Shown here: piece after piece, positions 50,014 to 60,085 of the stretch
Layout: every line of letters begins with the position of its first letter
Numbering within the stretch: the stretch's first letter is position 1
From: Phaeosaccion multiseriatum
Lineage: Eukaryota > Protista > Ochrophyta, other classes
Direction: 5' to 3'
Assembly: GCA_965112735.1 (NCBI GenBank)
Contig: OZ218958.1
Coordinates: forward strand, 3,534,001-3,598,000
Length of the DNA stretch: 64,000 bases
Translations under genes and position numbers: made by a program
Notes under the pieces: model-generated
What the model was told of the DNA's origin: nothing
The model's input: only the letters and a program-made list of their open reading frames with translations
The model's database searches: none

Positions 50014-50631
50014 TGTCCGTTTACAGCTGGTGTGTTCGCCAGAGCTTCGTTCGGGTTTGAAGGGGGTATGGTGGTGTGTCGCAGAGAAGAAGCAAACAGC
50101 TCAAGCAAAGATATTGTGAGTGAGGAGGAGAGAGAGTGAAGATAAACGCCCCGCGCTATACCTGGCGCTACCAGCTCTACTCTCACCCGCTCTAACGCGG
50201 TGTAAAAAAATGTGGTGTGGTGGCGGCCTAATCCCTATCCACCGCACGAAAACAGATTCGGTTCGCGGAACGCTCCGCGCACTCTATCCTAACAATAGTC
50301 CCTCGCGAGAAACCCACTCGTCACGAGTTTTTTTCCTCTCTCAGGAGGCCTCACTCTGCAGGAGAGAGATCATACGTGAATACAAAAGGATCCGTTTTAA
50401 ATTGTCGAAGGCCGTATATAGGCCTGAGGAGGTGGAGAGCCCGAGGCTGGCGAGGAGCTTTTTATTCAGTGCGGAGGAGGCAGGGGCTTGTCAACGCTTT
50501 GTGCCACCGCAGAGGAATAGAGGAGGAGGAGGAGGACGAGGACGAGAAGTAGGGTAGGAGGAGGAGGAGGAAAGGAGGAGGAGGAGGAGCGTGGGGACGT
50601 GGCTGCATCACCTCTTAGCCCTTGGGTTAGG

Positions 50632-53600
50632 ATGCGCACCCGTGGTAGAGAAGGGGGGGCAGCGGCAGTGGCATCGGCAACGTGGTCAGTAGCTGCCATT
50701 GTCCTGGGCGTACTGGCGACCAGCCAGGCCAGCTGCGACGCGCCCATCAGCAGCTCAAGAGCGGCGTACAAGTACCAGCACCTGGGAGGATGCGACTCGG
50801 TCAGCGACGTTGAGATAGTCGTAGATATAGATCATAACAACGTTGGAGACCTGACAGTCTCTGTCTTCTCGCCCTCAGGGAGGGAGGTGGTCTTGTCCAA
50901 GGAGAGGGGTTCCTTGGGGAACAACATGAAAACGCGGTTCGCTGACGCGTCCAAATCGCACATCAAGTGAGTGAGGGGAGGGGGGGGGGGAGATGGCTCT
51001 CTGTCTTGATATGCCCGGACCCCTCCGCTTGCTCACCTCACCTCTTTCCCGCTTGTCCGCCCTCCCCTTAATCCAGGAATGTGAGAGCTTGGGACGACCC
51101 TTTCCGTGGCCCGTACACCCCGGAGGAACTGCTGAGTGACTTCGAGGGGGAGGCCGGCAGCGGCTACTGGGCGCTCAAGGTTACGGGTGAGTTATGACCT
51201 GCCTAGTCGAGTGCCTGAGTCGAGTGAATGACGCACTCCACCTGTTCCTGCCCCTGAGTAGAGAAGTGTGGACCCCGCTGACTCTCTTCTCCTCTCCATG
51301 TCTAACTTGTTCTCTCCTCTGGCCCTGCCGTGCCACCCTCCGAAAACTGAAGACTCCAACTACTTCTTCGACGGGTGCATCGACGGTCTCACCATCGACG
51401 CCGAGTGCGACACAGGGGGCGCGAGCTGCAGCGGAAGGTGCGGAGAGGACTCGTCCGACGGCAGCTGCGCCTGCGACGAGTCGTGCGTGGCCAACGGCAA
51501 CTGCTGCTCCAACTACATGCCCTCGTGTGCGGACTCCCAAGACACCGCGGCGGATCTCGGGAGCGACTTTCCCATCTCCGTGAGGGGCGACACGCGAGGT
51601 AGGTACCGTAGGGGGGAGAGCTGGGCAAGGGAGAACCGGGCGGCAGGCCTTCCTTCGCTCCGGGTCTCTGCTTGCTCCATCCCTTGTTCTGTGCTCTGAT
51701 GTTGGCCGTACCCCGTGCCGCCCTGTGCTCTACACTGCTCTGCACTACTCTCTGCAGGTGCGACGCTCGATGGCGTGAGTACGTGCAGCTACTTTGGGCC
51801 CGCCAGTGAGGCCGAGGGGGTGTGGTTCAAAGTCGATGGAAAGGAAGGCATCAGCTTCCTAGCGACCACCTGTAGCGACAATACCGACTTCGACGCCACC
51901 GTGGATGTGTACAGAGGGGATGGGGAGTGCGTGGCGACGAGCAGCAACGCTCCGAACGGGCACAGCACGTGCAGCACTGGGGTGGATACATCCACAGTGA
52001 CGTGGGAGGCGGAGGAGGGGGGCGAGTATTTCGTGCGAGTGTCTGGGCTGAATCCCCTCCAGGTGGGAGGAGACGCGTCCGCGGGGGCCTTCGAGCTGAC
52101 GGTGGATGAATTCAGCACTAACCCGACAGAACCTCCGACGGCAGCCCCAACGGCCGCCCCGACAGTAGCTCCGACAGCAGCTCCGACTGCGATGCTTACA
52201 GAGGTACGGAGGGAGGCCTCGATGATGCTTGGCTTCGGCTGATGGGTTTTTCTTGTTCGTTCAGGGGATGAGAGGTCTGTCGCCGCGGTTGCAGAGGGGA
52301 TGGGTCCAGTGCTTAGGGCAGGGGATGGGTCTAGTGCTCTCTCAATTTTCTTCTCATCTATTCTCGTTTCTCTCTTCTCTCCCTTCGCCAGGCACCAACC
52401 GCCGCACCGACAAAAGCTCCAACAGCGGCTCCAACAGGGGCTCCAACAGCCGCTCCAACAGCGCTCTCTACGCAATCATCGACGACGGATGAGGAGGACA
52501 CGCCGGCCCCGACAGCAGCCGAAGAGGGGGGGGGAGAGGAGGATGAAACACCAGCACCCACCGCAGCGGAGGAGGAGGAGGAGGAGGAGGAGGAGGAGGA
52601 GGAGGAGGAGGAGGAGGCTGGCACATCGGCACCCACAGCAGCTGACGAAGAAGAGGAGGTCACACCGGCACCCACAGCAGCTGAGGACGAAGAAGAGGAA
52701 GGCACGCCGACGCCAACTCCTACTGTTTTGCCTACCCAATACGCCACGCGGCCGCCTCCTGAGGCAGAGGAGGAGGCGAGCGACGGGAGCGAGGAGGTGG
52801 AGGAGGAGGAGGAGGAGGAGGAGGACGAGGAGGAGGAGGTGGTGGAGCAGCGCGCCGTGGTGCTTGACTTTGAGGGGCCTGTGGACTCCTTCTCCGCCAC
52901 CGAGAATTTCGAAGTGGGCAGTGTATACGAGGAGGACTTCGGAGTGAGTTTCAGCGAGGGGGTCAGGAGGGTGGTGAGCGAGGGCGCCGGAGGAGACGCG
53001 GGAGAGGGAGACTTCACCAACCTGCCCGACGGGGGAGACGCCGCCCTCCTGCTCACGGAGCCTGTCTCCTCCATGACATCCGACGAGGGCTTCACAGATG
53101 GCGTGGTGTTCTACTACTCAAGTGCTGTGCCGCTCATCGTCACGGCGTATACAGAGAGCCCTGATGTGGAGACGGCAGGGGCGCCACAGGGGGCTGGCGG
53201 GAGGAGGGTGCTGAGGATGGGCGGGAGGCGTCTCGAGGCCCTGACGTCACAGATCCTGCCGCCGCAAAACGACGGAGGGGGCTGCTCCGGCGCGGAGTTC
53301 TGCAACTGGTAAGTAGTATGGATCCTCCGCTCTCTCCCGTACCTCGTGGCTGACCCCCGCCCCGTCTCCCCTCCGCGCGACAGGTCGGAGACAGGTCTCG
53401 CCTTCGACGACGCCACTGCGCGAGTGCTGACCTTCGAGCACGGCTCCAGCAGCGAGGGACGGGCCTTTTACGTAGACAGCCTCACCGTGGGGTCGTCTGC
53501 CCTGCAAGGCGGAGGCGAGGACAGGGGAGTGGGCCCGGCCGTAGCGGAGGAGGGGCCCGAGGCAGGCGGCGGGTCGGCTGACTCATACTGGGTCATCGTG

Positions 53601-54290
53601 GGAGCATGCGTGGCTGGGGCCATTGCGTGCTGCTTCGCTTGCGGCTGCGTACAGCACAGACGGAGGGGAAAGTCGGCCACGCGCGAAGACGCCTACTTGG
53701 CAGAGGCAGCAGGCGGCGGAGCCAGCATGGATGCGGAGGACAGGGCGTGGGAGGGGCAGCCCTACAAGGAGCCCTACAAGGAGGGACAGCACACAGCCTC
53801 AGTGCCGGGTTGGGATTTGGAGGGGGGCAAGTTGGAGGGGGGGACGCTGGTCGGCGCCGAAGAGAGTCCCTTCTCTTGCAGCCCCTCGGACCCGCAGGAC
53901 TCGAGGTTCCTCTCAGACAGAGGCACTGCAGCAGCAGTTGCAGTAGGCTCTGCTGGCATGGGGGACGTGGAGGAAGAGAGTTCACAAGAAGGCACGGAAG
54001 ATGGTTCAGACTCCGACGAGGAGGACGAGGAGGAGGAGGAGGAGAGAGAGCAGAGAGATGGGGACGGCGCTGCTAGCAGTCACGGCACCACCTCCAGCGC
54101 AGCCACGCCCCAGTACCGCAGCCATGAGACGGAAGGAGACGAGAGCAGGCCCGCCACGCCCCCTCCCCCCAGGGCCGAGCAGTATAGGCAGCAAGCGGAG
54201 CTCTATCACAGCAACGCCACGGACGGCAGCAGCGTGCCCTACACCGCCCCCGCGGACCTGCGCCTCTACGCCTGGCCAAGCAGCCCTTAG
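50632..54290 (+). CDS. Type-I membrane protein: signal peptide, proprotein-convertase P-domain, somatomedin-B, PPC-like beta domain, PT(A) mucin stalk, TM helix, acidic tail
   Basis: Signal WSVAAIVLGVLATSQA; P-domain VSDVEIVVDIDHNNVGDLTVSVFSPSG..LSDFEGEAGSGYWALKV; SMB SCSGRCGE..CACDESCVANGNCCSNY; PTAAPTAAPT; TM WVIVGACVAGAIACCFACGCV followed by RRRGK. Confidence 0.8.
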
Positions 54291-54680
54291 GACCTGCGCC
54301 TCTACGCCTGGCCAAGCAGCCCTTAGATCTGAGGCTGAAGCCGAAGCCGGTCTGACGAAGTGACACGCGCTTTTCGCCGTGCTACATGTATCTGTAGATA
54401 GAGTGGTGTTACGTTAACGCTCGATTAGCGTAAAAATCGCGCAAGTTTCTGACACACAAAAGAAAGGAAGCTGGGAGAAGCGCCGCTGTTAATTACGCGT
54501 TTCACAGGTGGGCGACGGCAAACCGCCAACTTCTTTTTCACTCGGTGAGCTTCAACTGGAGCGGGTTTTGTTGTTTTGTTTGGAGAGAGGAGATCTCTCT
54601 CTTCTTTCAAGCTATACTTTGTTCTTCCCCAAAGTTCCACAGGCACTGGACATTAAGAGATGGTTCATCTTCTGCAAAGG

Positions 54681-55475
54681 ATGAAGGAGAGGCCAGCCTG
54701 GGCCATGGCTTTTGGGCTCTCTCTTCTCTACGGCGTCGTGTTTTTTTATGCGGCCTCGGGCGGCTACGAGACGGGCCTGCTTTACGGCTTCTGCGTGGCC
54801 GGGCATCCCGGGATGCCAAGCAAATCAGAAGGCTGTTCCAATGCACGTGTCAACTCGCATATCATCGCTTTCGGGGTCGATCTCGCCATGGGGGGGATTG
54901 CAGTTCCTGTGCTCTGCTGGCGGGACCGCGCCAAGAGCGGCACAGGCCCTTATTGGAGCAACGGTTTCATCATCTTGTCCCACGGCTTTCTGCATTTCTT
55001 TCTGCAGCTGGAAAATGGGTTTAATTGCTACGATCCAGACGTTAGTGGCGGGATGAAAGCACTCGGAAACGCTCTACTCGTGGCCTTTTCTCTCGCTCTC
55101 GCTCTCCTCATTCTTAAGGACGGCTTTGGCCTGAGCTGGTACACTGGCATTGGGAGCGTCTTCTTTGCGGCCAGTGTTTTGGCTATTTGCACTAAAACAG
55201 GAGGGGGTGGGGAGGAATTTGCTCTCCCAGCCCTCTTTTGCGTCTCGCACCCCTTGTCATCCTTCACGGGGCTCTTCTCGGAGGCACCACCGCTGGCGCA
55301 GCCGTGGGTTGCGCGGTTTTTCTTGATTTGCACTGTCGTCGGTGTTTTGGAGCTGTCCGCTTGCCCCCTCTTCTTCAGAGCCGTGGGGGGGCACTTTTGG
55401 TATGACCTCACTCTCCATGCCGCTGCGCTGGCGTCTTTGCCGTACTTCCGGCCCCAGAAGAGCAAAGCATCTTGA
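54681..55475 (+). CDS. Intronless polytopic (about 7-8 TM) membrane protein of unknown function
   Basis: Open frame with repeated hydrophobic segments; His-containing NSHIIAF, SHGFLH, VSHP and GGHFWYDLTLH. Confidence 0.7.
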   Translation: MKERPAWAMAFGLSLLYGVVFFYAASGGYETGLLYGFCVAGHPGMPSKSEGCSNARVNSHIIAFGVDLAMGGIAVPVLCWRDRAKSGTGPYWSNGFIILSHGFLHFFLQLENGFNCYDPDVSGGMKALGNALLVAFSLALALLILKDGFGLSWYTGIGSVFFAASVLAICTKTGGGGEEFALPALFCVSHPLSSFTGLFSEAPPLAQPWVARFFLICTVVGVLELSACPLFFRAVGGHFWYDLTLHAAALASLPYFRPQKSKAS

Positions 55476-56076
55476 GGCTGTTTGGGTGTCGGGCCCATAC
55501 AGTGCAAGGAGGAGCGCAGCGGTCGGGGGCAGCCGTCACAGCAGGCGGGGGGGACACTGTCGGATGGGCAGCCCCCCTCTCCCTCTCGTCCACGGCCTTT
55601 CTGTGAGTCGAGGGCCGCAGAGTGCCCTCATGTACATAGAAGCGAAGGCACTCCACGGACAGTTGTGGGGAAGGGAAGCTCAAGAGCAAAGCTTTGTCAT
55701 GCAGGCTGCTTCACTGCTTCAGTTCTCAGACGTCTTTCGGCTGAGAGGGGGCGAAGGTTGGAAGGTATTGAGGCATAGTCTGTACATTTGTATATGCTGT
55801 TGTAAGAAGAATGCGTGTCAAGTGAATAAAAGAAAAGTAACATGTGCCATGGCACCCAAGCCCCCCCCCCCCCAATGGGGAAGGGTCCAAGGGCACTTGT
55901 TGGCAGCGAGCTCCAGCGCGAGTTGGGCTGTCTGTCCGGCGGAGAGAGAGAGCTTCTCTTCTCCCCTGTCGGTGCCCCCCCCTTAAGGTGCTGTCCCTCC
56001 CGCTGCACACGCCCCTCTGGCCCCGCCTACCAGGACTCAAGTCCCGCCGCCCGTTAGCCCTGCAGCCCTCGTAGCC

Positions 56077-58725
56077 TTAGCTCTGCAGCCCGAGCACCCT
56101 GAGCCAATCCACGATGGTCGTGGCCCCTACATAGAGGTTGGCGGTGCGCACTGCGAAGGAGGCGGCGCTGTTGGCCACCGGAGAGGGCAGCAGAACCGAC
56201 AGCCAGCGCTGCTCCACCAGCCCGGAGATGACCTGGTAGCGCAGGTTGGAGGACACCGCCAGGAACACGCCGATGGCCACGCTGCTCTGCAGGAGAGGCG
56301 GCCCCCCCACCTGGGCCTGAGCCTCAACCTCAGCCTGCAAGGGATGGGGCGACACGTGCAGCAGAAGCTGAGGGTAGGCATGCGGGCACGCGCAAGAAAA
56401 GAAAAGTGGCCTCAAAGTCCACACTCCAAATTGCAAGTCTCCACATCTCAAAGCTCGTTCGCTCACGTACTCAGTCCACTCACTCATTTACTCACCTGCC
56501 CTTCTGGCGCGGGGTTGAGGCTCCTTCGTGCCTTGGCAAGGACGGTGGTGAGCCCACACCCCGCCGCACAAGCCCCAAAGCCGATGGCGAAGAGCAGCGG
56601 CATGGGCAGAAACAACGCCGCCACGCGCTCCTTCATGGAAAAGGCGGCCTGCCCCCCTCCCACCGTCTGGAAGGCGTTGGCGGGGCACTTTGACACGAAT
56701 TTCTGAAACGCACTCGCGGAGGAGGAGGCCGGGCCCGCCCCACCGAGGGAGAGCTGAGGGCATGTCGTCCACACAGCAGCGAAGTTGGCGAACAGAGAGG
56801 TGAGAATGTCCTGAGAGGGTTGAGAGGGGTGGAGAGGGCAAGGGGGGAGGAGAGGGGAGGGGGTAAGGAGAGAGGCACGCGCTTCATTGCTCTAGAACGC
56901 AGTCCGCGCAGCACCACTGAAGCTTCCCTTCCTGCACCACAGAAGCTTCTCTTCCTGCCTTTTTCTTCCCCAAGGCCAGTCCCTTCAATCCCTTCCCTCT
57001 CCTTTGCCCTGCCTGCGTCCGTGCAGGCCCCCATCACCCCCAATCACACCCAATCACACCCAATCACACCAGCCGTCCGCAGTCAACACAACGCGGCAGT
57101 GAGTAGTCAAGGAAGCGCACGGCGAGTTCCTGCCGTCTCTCTCTCTCTCACTCTCTTGAGTTCCTGCCGTCTCTCTCTCTCTCACTCTCTTGACTTCCTG
57201 CCGTCTCTCTCTCTCTCACTCTCTTGAGTTCCTGCCGTCTCTCTCTCTCTCACTCTCTTGACTTCCTGCCGTCTCTCTCTGCCCTGCCCCCTGCCCGGCG
57301 TGGTGGCCTCCCTCTAGTCCCTCGCCTCCCTCCCCTCGCCTCCCTCTCCTCGACTTACTCACCGCGAGCACGTAATCGAACTCCGGAAAGAAGTTGCTCC
57401 GCCTGAGGTGTGGTGCGGTGTGTTGATCGATCGATCGATTGATTGGTGCAGTGTGGTGTGGTTGGCCGGGTGTGGGTGAGGGTGTTTAGGAGAGATGAAT
57501 GAGGAGATGCACAGATAGATAGACATCGAGGGATGGATAGATGGATGAGGGGATGGGTAGAGGCATGGATAGACGGGTGAAGGGAAGGAGGGAGGGATGG
57601 AGGCAAGGCCTACCTCTTGTCGTACTCCGCTATTACTTGGGCCACCACCCCGTTGAACATCTCCATACCGAGCTTCACCAAGAAGGCCGCATCCCCCAGC
57701 AGTCGCAAGCGCCAAGCTTGGAGAGGAGGAAAAGGAGGAGAAGAAAAAGAAGAAGAACAAGAACGACGACGACAACAACAACAACAACAAGAAGAAGAAG
57801 AAGAGGTTAATGGTGCACCACACGGCTCGTGGGAGGCGCGTGGCCGGCAACAGATAGACAAACAGGGCCCGCCATGGCTCAGCACTCTACAGCCCTCCTG
57901 CTGCCCTCCCCCCCTCGCTTCCCACGCATTCCACAAGTGAGGCCAGCGGAGGCGCTACTCCGCCCTTCCCTTCCATGACTCACGTTGAGACTGCAGCAAA
58001 AAGGCCACGAGGGGCGACTTGGCCAAGGCCAGGTACTGCTCGATGGTGTCCGAAGGGAGCTGCGGGGGGGGGGGGGGCGGGGCGGCAGGGTCAGAGCAGC
58101 AGGAGAGGGGAGCGGAGGAAGGATTGATAGGCGCAGACTGCATACTCAAGCACTTACCACTCCGTCGTCTACCAGTTGTCTAATCTGTGTCGGTATTCGT
58201 GGTGGCGGCGGCGGGGGAGGAGGGGGAGGTGAATCGTCCCCCCCTCTACCCCCTCCCCCACCTCCTCCCTCGCCCCCCTCCCCCTCCCGCCCCCCCCCCC
58301 CCCCCCCTTGGCGCGGTGGTCGTCTTATACCAGCGATGGTCTACAGAGGGGGTGAAGGTGAAGATGAGAAGAGAACAGAGAACAGAGGGGATGGGATGAT
58401 GACTTAATTAGCAATGCATTTACGCATTCGTGAATCCTTGCGGAAGAGGGGAGACGCTACTCTCGCATCCGGCGAGATGAAGCCTTGCTGAGCACGCTAG
58501 TCCCGTACTCACCGTGGAGAAGGCTCTGGTGAAAGACCGGCGTTTGCTGGTCCTGCTGCTGCTCGCGCCTCTACTATTCGTCCTGCTGCTGCTCAGCCGA
58601 CTGAGGTGCGGGCAGCTCCGACTTCCGCATCTCCGACTGGCGGGTGCCATACTCTTCGAGGCGGTGGGGGCGAAGGCATGGCTGCAATGGTGAGGAAAAC
58701 ACACGAAGAGGAGGCTTGCTTTCAT
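56077..58725 (-). CDS. RETICULATA-related (DUF3411) plastid membrane protein with a bipartite targeting peptide; multi-exon
   Basis: WRLRLLGDAAFLVKLGME..QVIAEYDKR|RSNFFPEFDYVLA; KCPANAFQ; GVFLAVSSNLRYQVISGLVE; N-terminus MKASLLFVCF..SHAFAP followed by an R/S-rich transit peptide. Confidence 0.8.
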
Positions 58726-59117
58726 GAATGGAACCTCCTCCTAACCCGACCCTGCCGCCGACCGCCGCCGCCTTTGCTGCTGCTGCTAATACTGCTACTA
58801 CTGCTGGATGTGCTTGAAGGGTGATACCCTTGGAGGGTTATCTTGCTGATGCACTTTTCATTGCTCTGTGCGGAAAGGAGGGAGGAGGCTGAAGAGCTGA
58901 AACTGAGAAAGCCGCCTTTTTCCCTTTTTCGACACTTTTCGACACTTTCTCGACCCTGACCTCTCACACACGCCCACACCCCGTCCCTCGCGTCGCAGTC
59001 TGTGTGCGCACACCCTTCTTACTTCACCCTGTATCACTCGCTCGCCCGCCCGCCCGCCCGCCCGCCCACCCGCCCGTCGGAACGTACGCACGCACGCACG
59101 CACGCCTCCCTCCCTGT

Positions 59118-59167
59118 CCTCTCTGAGCGCGTCCGAGGCCCTCTCCTTTCGCTCTCCTTCCTCCGCA

Positions 59168-59213
<46 letters not shown>

Positions 59214-59310
59214 CTGGAAGAAGGACAGAGAGCCAGAGAGTGGCCCGACTGGTCGCAGGGGAGGAAGAGGCACCAGCCGCGGGGGGCAGTTGCACGTCCG
59301 ACGGCGGGCA
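59118..59310 (+). pseudogene. Inverted dispersed copy of an exon fragment from the EF-hand/SAM gene (about 2378-2532)
   Basis: CTCCTTCCTCCGCAAGGG, CAGAGAGTGGCCCG and TCCGACGGCGGGCAGCGT occur in the same order as on the minus strand of 2378-2532. Confidence 0.75.
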
Positions 59311-60085
59311 GCGTCGCAGTTCCTGCCTTCCTGCCTGGTGTGGCGGGGCCCTAAGTTAGGCGGTGGGGGCCGTGCAGAGACACAGAGAGCCTAACCCTAA
59401 TCCTAACCCTAACCCCCTGCCCTTATGGACAAACCTTGTGGACAAGCTGCAGGGGATGCGATTTGTCAAGGGCCAGCGAGTGAGAGGGTCGGCCGAGTGC
59501 CGAGGAGCGATGAATACAGGAGGGTGGGGTGCCACTCCTCACGATCATTCAGACTTCACCTCTCCGTTCGACTCTGCAGAGGCCGAATGGCATTGAGTAT
59601 CCTCCCTCCTGCTCTTGTATTTATTGTCTTACTGTACAATTGAGGCAACCCCTTTACCCTGCTGCCCTTCGCTCCGGCTCCTTCCTTCATAATACACAAA
59701 TTGGTGCTACATGTTGTTGCCCTTGCTTGTCGTGCCCCAGACCCCATCACGAACGCACCCAGGCATACCACTCCGATCACATACGACTCTCCCTTGTACA
59801 GATTGCTCTCGCTACTGCTTCACTACTCGCTAATGCTTCACTGCTCGCTAATGTTTCACTGCTCGTCAGCTAACAAGTGCCCGGCCCCCCTCCTCACTCC
59901 CCCCCCCCCCTACCCGAGCGAACCACGCATGCACAATGATGAAGGAATGGATGAATAGCCCACACACACTCCATGACTGACCCTCCCCCGCCTCTATAGC
60001 TGACTCTAACCCGACTCTAGCTGCTCTAGATGGCCCTAGATGGCTCTAGATGGCTCTAGATGGCTCTAGATGGCTCTAGATGGCT

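Noticed and set aside
39228-58725. Idea of a functional CO2-concentrating gene cluster (CA array, membrane proteins, RETICULATA)
   Set aside because: Proximity alone is weak evidence in a eukaryote; no shared regulatory signal or known pathway link is visible
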